Shown here piece by piece: positions 39,375-52,950 of a DNA stretch of 64,000 nucleotides. Below the pieces are notes generated by a model, which worked only from the letters and a program-made list of their open reading frames with translations, ran no database searches and was not told where the DNA came from. The number at the start of each line of letters is the position of its first letter. The stretch's first letter is position 1. Location of the stretch: assembly GCF_001194135.2 (NCBI RefSeq), contig NC_068993.1, positions 19,518,847 to 19,582,846 of the forward strand. Reading direction: 5' to 3'. The translations under genes were made by a program, and so were the position numbers. Source of the stretch: Octopus bimaculoides (lineage: Eukaryota).

Positions 39375-40312
39375 TTTACTTGTTTCATTCATTTGACTAC
39401 GGCCATGCTGGGGCACCGCCTTGAAGAATTTTTTGTTGAATGAATCGACCCAGCGACTTATATTATATCTTGGTTTATCTGTATCTTAGTTTATATATGA
39501 ACCAAACCATCATAAATACTTATGATTAGGCAAAAAAAAAGAATATATTTATCTACCTATAACATTTTGTCATCAAAACGTACTAAACCGTTCAATGTAT
39601 TGTATACTCTACGGCTCAAGTTTCTTCGAAGTTACAGGCTCGTAAGACCCCTAACGCTAGTTATCAAGCAGTGGTGGAGGACAAACACAGGCACAAAGAC
39701 ACACACGTAGATACACACACACACACACGTACACACACACACACACATGTGCATATGTATACATATATGTGTGGTGGAGGACAAACACAGGTACAAAGAC
39801 ACACACGTACACATACACACATGTGTATATGTATACATACATGTGTGCGTGTTTGTGTGTGTATCATTGCATATATTCTTTCATTCTTTTACTTGTTTCA
39901 GTCATTTGACGGCAGCTCTTGTAGGGTTTTAGCCGAATAGGCCCCAGGACTTATTTCTTAAGCTTAGTACGTATTCTATCGGTCCCTTTTGCCGAATCGT
40001 TGTGTTACGGTGAGGTAAACATACCATCATCGGTTGTCAAGCGATGATGGGGTGGTGGTGCAAAAACAGGCCCAAAAACACACACACACATAGATATATA
40101 CATATCCATGTGGTTGGGAAGCGAGCTTCTTACCATACAGCCACGCACCACGGCTTTTTCCTGTTTCCATCTACCAAATCCACTCACAAGCATTTGATCG
40201 GCTCAAAGCTATAGTAGAAGACACTTGCCCAAGGTGCCACACAGTGGGACTGAACCCGGAACCATGTGGTTAGGGAGTAAGCGTTTCACCACACATCCAC
40301 GCAGATGTTATT
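39375..40312 (-). mobile_element. Cluster of SINE family B pieces (39375-39460, 39655-39860, 39880-40312)
   Basis: Head and core GGTTCAGTCCCACTGTGTGGCACCTTGGGCAAGTGTCTTCTACTATAG on the minus strand. Includes a second partial head at 40095-40150 and several 3' tails. Confidence 0.8.
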
Positions 40313-43300
40313 AATATTCATCATCCATTCTCTCTTTTTGATGAATGTCACGTAGTTTTAGTTTTGACAAGATATTTCTATATGGCCACTAAATTCCCAA
40401 GAAATATCATGCCTTGGTTAATCTTTTCGCAAAACGAAATTAAATGCCTCAAATATAATGGTCTAAGAAGCCTTACCCGTATTTACTACCGAATGGATAT
40501 TGAATATGCAAACAATATCCATACAACTACATAATGAAAATTTGGTTACCAGTCAGAACGTAATGAAGTATAATAACTATATGGCAGTCTGGTGAATTTC
40601 GTTTACATTTATGAGGATATAAGTTCAATTCTACTGCATACAGCTTGATATGTCTTTGAGCGGAAAGTTTAACTACATGTCTAAATTCCCTATAAAGAAG
40701 GCAAATACATACTAGAATATTCTACCGGTAACTGGTTGATGTTCTACTTTTTGCAGAAAAGGGTTTATCGCTCATCTGCTTAATGCCGTCAAACTTGATG
40801 TGCTCACTCCACTCATGGTTTCCCTGTGGACTATAACATATTTATCTTGCCATCATTTGTTATTGATTGATTTTCTTATTTATGACTTAAATATAAAATA
40901 ATAAATCTTGGTTTATTTGTATCTTAGTTTATATATGAACCAAACCATCATCAATACTTATTATGTTTAGATAAAAAAAATCCTTTATCTTTGGTCATCA
41001 AAACGTACTAAACTGATCAATATGTTGTATGCCGTACGGCTCAACAACAGACCATGTAATATAAAGATATACAACTATTTCTCTTATTGATTTTCTGGAG
41101 AAGACCAAGATACAAAGAGAGATATAGTGTTAACAAAAGATTACTGCTCCGACAAGTGTGAATGCATTTAATTATATTTGATCAAATGCAGTGAGTTATA
41201 GAGGTCAATTTATTAAATTCTGTGAGGAAATCACAGCTGGTCCATTTTCTAATTTTCCCTTGAGATTTCATTGAATCTTTTACAAAATGCATGTCATATG
41301 TTAAAGCGAAAATAAGTGAAATTTCAATACATTGTCTTTCAAACTGTAAAATGTTTAAAAAGCATGATGTACATAGAAGAAAGCAATTGCTCGTGTACAT
41401 TCAAACGTCCATACGCTCGCAGATAAACGTAAACGTATTTTAAATAATATATTTACTCACATTTACTATATGCGTGTGTGTGTGTTTGTGTGAGTGTGTA
41501 CTGTAACTGGATAGCATACGTCAAATACAATGAAATATCTTTATACAGTCTTAAAGAAATTGAATCAAGTTTCGCGTTACGAACCTCTTGGAAACATCAC
41601 CTTAATCCATTCATTCATCAAATATTTTTAGATGTGTCTGTTCTCAAGTGTGTTCTGTAAAGAATATCGGGTGTGTAATGCAAAGTATACATCTGCCGGT
41701 TTGTTATCAGTGTTATGCGACTTAGATTTTATATTTGCGTGTGGCAGTTATGCATGTGATGCTCTTAATTATTATGATGTGCCGTTCAGCAGGTATGCCA
41801 GGGAACACTCGCACGATGTTGTACTGACTAAAAAGAACCTTGTGACAACTTTTGAAGTTCATCAAGTCACGAGCTTTCTCTCTTGCTTCGATATGAGACT
41901 TTTTAAACGTGTGGATATATGGACCGCTTCAGTCTAACACCTTGCATTTCATGCTTATGCAGCTTTAGTTTGTCTATTATCTTATGTAGTTGCATCCCTC
42001 TCATCAATATATCTGAAAGACCTGTTTTCGTGACGTCATGTTGCTTTCACCTGCCTTCAAACATACCAATGCAGTAACACCGCTCAGGGTTCTTCAAGTA
42101 GCATGTGACTTTTAGCATAAAATTTCCTTCATGTTTTAGTCGTTTATCATTTCTTTATATTTCTTCATACATTATCACTAGCTTATGATGGTAACCAATA
42201 ATTTGCATGTATGCAAGCTTCATAAATTAAAAAAATTAGCCGCATACGAATCAGTGACAAGAAACAAATAGTTTATGCAGATTCATCTTTAAATAAACAG
42301 TATTCCTCTATACCGAACAGCATTCACTATTTTAGCTTAATTGAAACGCGTACCCAGGAGAAATCCCCACCTTCTGTATGTATATGCATTTGCAGTAAAA
42401 TGAAATGTCTTGGCAAAATAAAGCCTTCTTTATACTGAAGACGAAAAAGAAACCTTCGAAATCTCATTCTAATTTTGGCCCATTAATACTTTCAAAATGA
42501 ATTTTGTATCGTTCATAAAATTATCTTAGCAACAGCAAGCACTGACAAAGTTGTTTACGAATTTTGATATGTACCGTAATTTTTTTTCCTGAAATTTACG
42601 CTTACATTTTTACCACGATAAAACAGCAAGCAGTTGATTTTAGATACTATTTCAGAACATTATGACTCAATAAAAACAAGAATACACATGGTATGTAGTT
42701 TTAATTTACTTATTTCATAAAATGGTCTTTTATCAAATTTTTTTGCAGTTATAGATTTTAAAAAATATATTTGTAAAACAATTCCCAAATGCAGTCAGCA
42801 AATATGCTCTCGGCTAGGTAAAGTTTAACTCCAAAGGTGAAATGCATCGCAGTTAAATTTATGTCAAATTGGCTGACTGTGGAAGAGTCTAGTTATTCGT
42901 TTGTAAGGAAAGGAAGTGATGCATAGTTAATGCACTAGGAAAACAAGGAAATTACTTCATTTAGCAAAATCCGAAGTGTATATAAATGGTTTATTGTCTT
43001 TATTGACTTCCGGAGTAAAATTATTTTTTTGGTTTTCCAATGGATATTACATTAGTCATTTACGAAGTTCCTATAAAAAATTGAACGAGCTTTAAAGACG
43101 TGGTTTTTAAGGAACTTACAACTTAATGTCATATATTTATTCCACATATTTGTGCGATGAAACCTTGGAAGTTTTAAGGACTTAAGTGATTTTTTTACAT
43201 GAATTCTTGTCAGATTTAGGTTGGAGCACACACAAACACTCACATGCACACAGATGTACATCCATATACGTACACACAGAAATACACTCACACATGCACA

Positions 43301-43572
43301 CACATGCACACACACACACAGATAAACACACACACACACACAGATAAACACATATACATATATATTTAGAATTTTTTGTATAACGCTATTTACTTCTACG
43401 TAATGTCTATTATAAATAGCTTGACACAACCAGTAGAGGCAAGTAAAAGAAATACTCACATAATGAGAAGAGAAGAAAGCAAAAGAAAGCATTTTAAATG
43501 AAAAGAAAGTGTTTTTTTAAAAAGACACGTTCGTTCTACCTTCAGCAACAACACAAATTCCGTATTTATTCA

Positions 43573-43660
43573 GATTAAAGGTAAATTTGGTCTAGTTTAT
43601 CTGTGAGGTAAAATTTACCTTTAATCTTTTCGGGGTTCATAAAGAAACATTCTAATACAA
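43573..43660 (+). mobile_element. Old SINE family A core with an inverted duplication at its 5' side
   Basis: GAGGTAAAATTTACCTTTAATCTTTTCGGGGTTCATAAA matches the family core; 43573-43588 is the reverse complement of 43611-43626. Confidence 0.6.
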
Positions 43661-44109
43661 GGCGGTGTTTTAACAGAACTATATCCGATCAAAGGCTTCA
43701 CGATATATATTTAGGTGTTTTTCATTCCGAGTTGAAAATCTGCCATAGCCTACATGAGTGGTATACTCAGTCTTCGCACGGTTTAACACCAACATTTGGC
43801 ACCTCTGTGCCTTTAGCGGAGCGTACACTGTTGAAAGCATTCAGTTCAGGTTTTCGATTTGACGATATTTTTCTCCGTCTTTGTCACCAGTCTTGGAGGC
43901 TCTGAAACTGATCGCGGAAACGTTTTTATCGTGACAAAAGAAAAAAGATAAAATATTCCACAGTTACCACCAGAAATAATGTACAAATTCCAAGATAAAG
44001 TTGTAGAAAGGACAGAAATGAAATGAGCTTGACAGAAGGCAAATTCAATGTCTGATTGAAAGAAAATATATCCCAGACTGTAATCGAACAAGAAAGAACG
44101 ACTCAACAG

Positions 44110-44260
44110 TTGAGAGAGAGAGAGGGGTAGGAGAGAGAGAGGGGGGAAGGAGAGAGAGAGGGGGAAGGAGAGAGAGAGAGAGAGGGGAGAGGAGAAAGAG
44201 AGGGGGAGGAGAGAGAGAGGGGGAGGAGAGAAAGAGTAGGAGAAAGAGAGGAAGAGAGTA
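44110..44260. repeat. Polypurine (GA/GGA) tract
   Basis: Read directly. Confidence 0.9.
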
Positions 44261-44768
44261 AAATAACTGATCGAAAAGAAAAGTAAGCAAGCGAAAATAG
44301 AAAATATGCGCACTATGGACTATAAAAATAAGTTGTCAACAATTGACATTTATATATCGTTAGATACAGTGATCGGAAGTATTAATGTCAGTTCGGAGAC
44401 GCATGATGCTGATTCTGATACTTAGAAATAATACATTACAAACAAATATATTGCTATACATTTATCTGTATGAAACCGAGCGCGCGTCTGCGTGAGTGTG
44501 GTGGGCGCGCGTGTGCGTGCGTGCTTGTATGTGAGTGTGTGAGTTAGACATATTTGTTGACTACAACACATTCCGACCGACCTGAAAGTAGGCATAATGG
44601 CCCTAAGTGCCCGATAAATAATAAGCAATAATTTAAGTTATTTACAATTATGGCATTAGTCTGCATTATAGAAATTGAAAAATCACCGTAAGCAGACATA
44701 TGTGAATATTTGTGTATGCGTCTGTGAATATATTCATACATACATATATTTATATACATAATTGTATG

Positions 44769-44801
<33 letters not shown>

Positions 44802-44909
44802 ATGTGTATGTGTCAACACACACATACGTTTACATACGCACTTTCCATTATCAGTTTTCTTCATGTTTAATTTGGAATAATAGCACTTATAATTCCATTA
44901 AAGCATTAG

Positions 44910-44942
<33 letters not shown>

Positions 44943-45518
44943 AAATGGGACAAGAACGCAAAACATCCAGCATCCTGACAGATATATATATATATATATA
45001 TGTGTGTGTATGTATATATATATATATGCATATACATATGGATATATTCACGCAAACACTTACTCATATGCAGGCACACAGACGCACTGATGAAAGATAT
45101 ACTTTGTAACTAGTTACTAATTGATTGCTTTTATTTGATGCCTTGATGCAACTAAAACTTGAAACTGAGGACACACAACCGAATAATATTACAGCGTACT
45201 GCCTCAGTTATCAGAATTGCTCTCTTAATATGCAAAACGTATTTGTAAAAATATAATCGTACACTGAATAAAAATACAAGCAGATAGCAAAAGATTGAAG
45301 TCGGTGCATAACAAAATAATGAAAAGAATAAAATGAATAAAAGAAGTACACTGTTGCACGAACATTATAAATAACTTTCAATAAATGGCATTTTATCTTA
45401 CGAAGGTAAGTAACATGTCTGTCAATTGATAAGAAACCATTTCCCTTGTCACAGGACAAGAAATCTCCTGTCATACCCACTAAAGAATACATAGATGTGC
45501 TCTGATATGACAGTTTCT

Positions 45519-45560
<42 letters not shown>

Positions 45561-46803
45561 TGTGTGTGTGTGTGTGCGTGTGTGTGTGTGTGTGTGTGTC
45601 AATGTATATATTCACTATGTCACAAGGTCGATTTTCTTGTCGGAGGTACAGTCAATTCAATCAATTGAGTTATGCTACTTGTATTTAGCTTGTCAATTAC
45701 TGGAGGCTGAACGACAAAGCCGTTTCAGCCTAGAGGTCGGAAACTAAGCATATAATCCACCGTTTTACCATTTCTCTCAACTTACAGACCTATTCATATA
45801 ATCGTATCTTATATACCATTTAAACCTTTAGTAGTATTTTGCACTAAAATCCAATGAAATCGATAAATGGCCACTAGCCAAAACGTTCAACAGATTCAGC
45901 TATCACTCTATTACTGAAATGCCATTTCTCCTATCCAAGAATAAATCTGTGATTAAAACCAAAATTGTTATATCATGGATACCAAGAGATTCTTAAAAAG
46001 ATAACTCTTCCGTTCTAAAAATCTTAGCATAAAAGCTGCAAAAGATTCGTATTAGTTTGCAATTAAGTGATATGTCAACGACTCATCAACGTTAGTCTCA
46101 TTGAAGATACATCATCAACACGAACACGTCTGAAACATTTTAACAACCTGTTTCCTTTCAGTTCACCACACCAAATATTTTCTATACGAGATAGTTTTAA
46201 ATAGATTTCTGGCTTAACTTACCCTTTCATACATTCACCTTGTTAAAGAAGAATTTAGAAATGTTCTTCATTCTTTATACCGAAGCTCTGTACTTTAAAA
46301 TATGAATATTTTTCAATTGTTAAAGGTACTCGGAACTGAACAATGCATTTACAAAGATTCTCGCTTTATCTATTTTTCATTTTGCTGTTTGACTCCACAC
46401 ATAAACAAATATAACAATTATATTAAATTCCTGTAGCTTTACATTCTTATTCCACTAATATTGTCGCTGCTCCTCTATATGTTAAATTTGAGGTGATTAA
46501 GGTACATGTAAACAACATGCATGCAACTTTTCCAATATTTGATGTTAGATGATTTATTTGATGTAAAATTAGAAGGAAAATTATAATTCATCTCAAATTC
46601 AAGAATCCAAAAAATTTTGTTTCTGCTGAAGTAAAAGAATCCACCCATTTTCGTTTCTGCTAAATATACTGTTGTTATCAGGTAAACAAAAAGAAAATAC
46701 GACAAGCCAACAGAGTACGAAAACGTGTTGTGCCGAGGAATAATTAAAGTCAATTCAAAGCTGCTACGTGTTGGTCGAGCAACTCGTTCTCTATACAAAG
46801 GTA

Positions 46804-47495
46804 CTACTCAGCATAATCTTTATTACAGGTTATGTATTTGCGCCATCGTTGAAATGCTCTTCAAACTTTAGATGCGCTTTAAAAAATCTTGTGTGTGCAC
46901 TCTTGTATCTTCTCCACAGTTTCGTTTGTATTATTAAATCGGAAACACCGAAGACTGTCTTTCACAGGATCAAACAGGAAAAGGTCATAAGGCTCAAGAT
47001 CCTGATTTTATGTTGTATAGGGAACCATCGGCCACCCAATTTATCAGTTGCTCATTTTTTTTTTTTTTACCAAAGATGTGTCGTCGCACGTTGTCACGGT
47101 GAATGTAGATGGTTTTAAGATTCTTGTTCGAGATATTCGTCCTTGTGGCTTCTTTAAGCTTTTTGAGTTGCTACAGGTCATGCTTCCTAGTCGCTACTGT
47201 CACATTACAGACATTCATTGACATCTCTTCATACCGCCTGAAAGAGTTATGACTTTCTCTGGCGACCGCCAGCAGTTGAGCCTCATAGGTCTTGAGCTTC
47301 ATAGGTCTTGAAGAAACGGTGTGACGCTACTTCCATGGACTGAGCATTCGTTTTTCGATGAGAAAGGTACATCTGCTTCAAATTCCTTCAACTGACCGGA
47401 ATTTAAAATGTGACCCTATTGTTTTCAAACATGTCCTTCAGATCAGAGCAGACTACCGCGGTTCTCTTCTTCAAATCGGTTGTCAACTGCCAAGG
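46804..47495 (-). pseudogene. Decayed mariner transposase, irritans/Hsmar2-like
   Basis: Across frameshifts: QLTTDLKKRTAVVC, QSME..RHTVSSRPMKLK, IHRDNVRRH (cf. HDNARPH), IGWPMVP..DLEPYDLFLFDPVKDSLRCFRF and RWRKYITCNKDYAE*. Confidence 0.75.
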
Positions 47496-47534
47496 TATCC
47501 CATATTTCACGCGCGTTCCGATTCTATATAAATA

Positions 47535-47566
<32 letters not shown>

Positions 47567-48400
47567 AAAAAGAATCATATGAAATATAATTGGTTCCGTA
47601 ATAATATACATCTGATATTTATTCTTTCAATCAAGGTAGATAAAGTAAAGTTGACAACCCCAAAATTTAAATTTAAGCAATCAAAAAACGAAAACACATG
47701 CTCTAAATCATTTAAACCATACAGAGACAAACAGAAACTGAGGCTGGCAGAGAGAGAGGGCGGGAAAACGAGGAAAGGATTGAGAGCAAAAGGATAGAGG
47801 AAGAGAGATGAAGCAAGAGCGAGGGAGGAAAAGAGAGAGAAAGAGTGAGAATACTAGAGTTCTGTGGTCCTGAGGTTTTAGAAAGTTGATCAAAGAATAT
47901 TTTTCAATTAACGGATAACGTTTATTTTGGAAACCACCATGGTTTATTTTTGTTAGAGGAGCACTCTTCTAAAAAGAGGTACAACACCGAATATGGAATA
48001 TACTTCACATAGAACGTTAAAGGCTAATTAAAGTAATATTAAAGGAATAGTTCGAGCTATGAACGGAAATCCTGGAGCAAGTAATAATACAAACGATCTC
48101 GGAATTACTATCTTGTCTGATAACCTGAATCCGGGGTAAATGTTTATGGTCATATTCACATGTTTTACAATGTTGGAGTAGTTCTGATTTATAGTAGCGA
48201 GAAATACAACATAGAATTCAAGAAATATAGCAACAAATCGGGTACAGATGTAATCAAGACTTGAATCTTTTATAGAAGTTAAAAATGACGGGATTTCGCC
48301 CCATGATGATATTGTTTTTATTGTTGTGGATTTTGGCATATGGAAGACATTACAGTGTATGTGACAAATAACAAAACACACATATGCAGGTATGGGTGTA

Positions 48401-48507
<107 letters not shown>

Positions 48508-50759
48508 CTCCCTAGACCAGTAAACTTTAATCAGTATTTTATTTTGTTCGTAATGTGTAAATGTAATCATGTACAGACGCCCAGCTCGATTTATATTTAA
48601 AATTTTGATAATTCTATTGGCTATAGCAATGTAACTTTATACATAAATCTGATGAGGCTGATCTGGTATTCATCATTTCAGTGACACCTCTCCAATCAAC
48701 TGTTTCATGTATTATTGCAGAGTATAGATAGCAAGATTGATGAGATCGAATTTGGATGAAACAGTTGTAAGTTGATGGAATGAAAAGACTTGATCACTCT
48801 ATTCTTCTTGTTTGCAATTTGTTAAAAATATATCCATGAATATTATTATATCATCCAGCATATGCTTGATAATACAAACGATCTCGGAATTACTATCTTG
48901 TCTGATAGCCTGAATCCGAGGTAAGCTGAATAGGATAAACTTCAGGGTAAATAACTGATGTGTGTGTTTATGTTCATATTCACATGCTTTACAATGTTGG
49001 CGTATTTCTGACGTATAGTAGCAAGAAATACGACATAGAATTTCAGAGTCACTACTGTTAGGCAATATTACAATCGCATAACAATCGTATAAAAAGTATA
49101 AAGCGTAACAAATAACCTATAAAAGCGAAGACGACGAGGGCGATACCCTAAATATATCAACCGATTTATGAACAAACTTCATTGCCTACAGCTGTGAAAT
49201 ACCATATGTTTAGTGAAGATATCCTGTGGCAAATGCTACTTTTGTTAACCTGCTGGCAATGTGTAGTTACACGCTCTATTGTTAAAAAAAAAACTTATTT
49301 TGTTTTAAAAATTGCAATTTAAAATGTGAAATTCACACGTTGATGTATGCTAGCAGTCAAAAACCTTTTTGTATAAACATAAACCGTTATAATAAAAGTT
49401 GAGTTATAAATATTATTGATTTTTAGATACAAAATCGTGGGCCGTATTACATTCGAGATATCATTGTTCACGACTCTATACTGAATATTCAGTTGCACTA
49501 TGAAATTAGATACCGAAATTTAGCTACAGTTTTCTTCGGTAGCCTTTAATTCTGATCGAAATTACTAGTCAGAATCTCTGCTTTGTACTCCTTTCAGATA
49601 ATTAAGCTTCTTTCAACAGATGAAGTATATGCAATTACCCATCAAGTTTGGACAGAATACTTGCATCTCCGTATGTCAGATACCCCATTGTTGATTCATT
49701 GATATATAGAGCTTTCTCCATGGTGTCTTTTCAATGATTTAAGGATGTCCTTGCTCTCGTCCCTTACATCCTGGAGTACGTATCTTAGCAAGAACTTTGT
49801 AACATTTGTGTACAACATAAAGGAAGTCGCCACAGTGCAATCACGTCGCTGTTTGGTCGATAAGAATATCAATGAAGTACACTTGTTAGCTTGCTTAAGA
49901 ATTGCGTCGTACATTATATATCGGTTCATTCTTATTGAACCTATATGGTATTTATCCGACTGTTTTACTTCTCAAAACCCATATATAATTTACTTTGTCC
50001 AGTCACTTCTTCCTTTACTAAGATTCGTTTAATGTCAAAAAGCTTCCAGTAACCGGATCATTGAATGAACACAGAATCTTAGTACAGATTATAACATCAA
50101 AGTTTACTTAGCATCATTATTATTATCAACTAACAAAGGTAGGAATCAACGGGGAAGGTGGGTGTTATTAGCTATTCACTTGATCTACCAGGAATAGTAG
50201 CGAAATTCGCCCAACGTGTAGTAATTCATACAAAAAATCTCACACAGGACAATGCAGTCCTAGATATAAAAATATACGTAGTTCTTACATCTGAAACAAC
50301 TTCAAATATAATTTTACACAAGTATTAATAGGTTGGTGCTATATTAGCAGATTTGGGGAATCCCTTGGTAGCTATCAGATTATTGGATCTGTTTGACGAG
50401 ATTAAAGTGACTTGAAATTACCCCTTGTATTCATACTTTCCCACACAACCAGCATACATCTCAATCTACGTGATCATTTATTTTTTCCTAGATATATTTT
50501 ATTTTAGTTCATAGTTACAATATCGGAAACTACCACCAGGCTACAAATATTTGAGTTAGTGTATAATAGATAAAATCAGCATCAGGTGCTATATTTTATC
50601 GGTCTTTGATGACTGAAGAATTCGAGATAATGCAACCCTTGGAGAATTTATAGATTGATAGAATTATAACTCATTGCTGCAAGGGATTTTGTCCAGCACC
50701 AAAGAGATTATGATACAGACACCTTTAATACTAACCATTCCTTAGATTGTCACAAAGTC

Positions 50760-50925
50760 ACACCTTTAACGCTGGCGACTTAGAGTCGATTAATTCCCGA
50801 CAATTCATTGAATGGTATTTATTTTATCGACCTAGCAAAGATGAAAGAAGGATAAATCGATCCAGCTGAAATTAGAACATAACTTGTAATTGGATGTTTA
50901 CTTAATACTGCAAGCAATTTGACCT
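50760..50925 (-). mobile_element. SINE family A copy, old
   Basis: GGTATTTATTTTATCGACCTAGCAAAGATGAAAG core. Confidence 0.65.
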
Positions 50926-51254
50926 TTGACATTTGATTAGACTTTCTGTTGTCTATAATAACAGCAAACGATGATGACGACGACGACGACGACGATGTGG
51001 ATTATGATGTTGATGATGATGATGATTTAGACATACAGCCAGCTCTTTTAAAGGTGTTGGGGTCAGTGGATACTATCGAAAACTTTCATCTGCTAATAAA
51101 TTTCTTTTACTCCAGACAGAAAACAGACAGCGTAGGATCTGACCTTAGAATGTAAAAACGACGGAAGAAAATTCATTAAGCATTTCGTCCTAAATTCTAA
51201 AGATTATCCATCCTCTGTCCTTAATATTTTTTTTTTACCTTGCGTAGGCAGAGG

Positions 51255-51410
51255 ATCCGCTATTTTGTAAACGAAGGAAATAGTAAAAGAAATCGATCCC
51301 AGGGCATGAGTGATACTATATTTTTATCGATAGCGGAAGGATGATAGGCAAATCTGCGGGTGGCAGGAATTGAACTCAAAATGAAAATGTTGTTTGCCTT
51401 AGTCTGACAT
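51255..51410 (-). mobile_element. SINE family A copy, old
   Basis: ATCGATCCCAG...TTTTATCGATAGCGGAAGGATGATAGGCAAA...GAATTGAACTCA. Confidence 0.65.
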
Positions 51411-51454
51411 TTCATTGCCCTAAAAATAAAGATTACCCTAAAAATAAAGATGCA

Positions 51455-51800
51455 GATGATGATGACGATGATGATGATGGTGATTATAGTAGTAGCAGTG
51501 GTAGTGGTAATGTAGTGGTAGTGGTGGTGGTAGTAGTAGTAGTAGCAGCAGTAGAAGTGGCAGCAGTAGTAGTAGCAATAGCAGCAGCAGTTGCAGTATC
51601 AGCAATAGCAGCAGTAGTAGTAATAGAAGCAGTAGAAGTAGCAGCAGTAGTAGTAATACAATCAACAGCAGCAGTAGTAGTAGTAGTAGTAGGAGGAGGA
51701 GGAGGAGGAGGAGGAGTGTCATGGTGGTGGTCGTGGTGGGCGTGCTGATGGCGAAGGTAGTGGTGGTGGTGCTAGTGTTGTTGGTGGTAATGGCAGTATT
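51455..51800. repeat. Compound trinucleotide array (GAT/AGT/GCA/GGA/GGT)
   Basis: Read directly; the poly-V/A and poly-L ORFs here are by-products. Confidence 0.92.
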
Positions 51801-52040
51801 GTTTGTTTGACATATGTTAATAAATATTTTACCGAACATATAGTTTCCTGCCAATTTTCTGAGTTATTAATCCAAAACGGTAAATAGTTTATAATGAAAA
51901 GATGCCACGAAGAATCTTTCCCTCCTTTCTATCATCTTCATCGAAGCCAATTTCTTAGTTTGTGCTGTATGCATATGTTTATATATATATGGAGATATTT
52001 CAAATGATTTTAATTAGGGCAACGGATGACCGACTGAAAA

Positions 52041-52285
52041 TATTGGTTTGAAATTTTGGTACAAAACCAATAACTTTGAGTGAGGGAGTAAGTCGATTAC
52101 ATCGACCCCAGTGCTCAACTGGTACTTATTTTATCGACACCGAAAGGATGAAAGGCAAAGTCAACCTCGGCGGAATTTGAAATCCGAGTCTAAAGAGATT
52201 CGTCTCTTTACGTTCAGAATTCAAATTCCGCCCAGGTCGACAAACATTTTGCCCGGCGTGCTAACGATTATGCCAGATCGCCGTC
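52041..52285 (-). mobile_element. SINE family A copy with an internal snap-back inversion
   Basis: Normal core and head, but 52203-52241 is an inverted copy of 52160-52198. Confidence 0.85.
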
Positions 52286-52899
52286 TAACGACCGAACATA
52301 GCGGTCTTATCTGGTTCGCGACACAGTACGTTTCGGAAAAGCACATTTATTTTTCATGTTCCACTAAGTGAAGTCCATACACAGGCACGGAGACAAGGCT
52401 TCATAACCGAACAGTATTTACACAAATTTCAGAGCTGTGTTCGAATGAGTTTAGTTTGGATGGAGATGATGTTCGTCAGACTTACTCTAAACTTACTTAT
52501 TCAAATACTTTAGCTACAACAGAAGGGACGATACCGATCACCTTTACATTCCCTCAAAGATAGGTTAGTTTGATGCATCCGGGTTACTGTTTGAACATCT
52601 GCATGTCAATCTATAAAGCAAAACCCCTCATTCTGTTGCTTCAAAAGAATGAGTGAAACCTACAGACAAGGTAGTAATATTAAATATTGCAGTACACTAT
52701 ATCTGCACACACACACACAAACACACACACACACAAACACATACACAGATAGATGGTTCAAAGGCACAGAAAACAAAAGAATAAGACAGGTGAGAAAATA
52801 ATAAGCAGGCGTGACGTTCGGGAAGAATGGAAAAGTCTTTGACATTCGAGCCCACGCTCAAGACGAAAAACTATGAAGAGAGAGAAAATGAAGAGAGTT

Positions 52900-52950
<51 letters not shown>

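Noticed and set aside
46690-46870. Protein-like plus-strand frame YDKPTEYENVLCRGIIKVNSKLLRVGRATRSLYKG
   Set aside because: No usable acceptor (in-frame stop right after the nearest AG), its 3' part overlaps the antisense of the mariner relic, and the length is within chance.
48921-48945. 25-nt GT...AG insertion in the second duplicated copy resembling a plus-strand mini-intron
   Set aside because: It is flanked by GGTAA direct microhomology, so a deletion in the other copy explains it, and it is too short for a typical spliceosomal intron.
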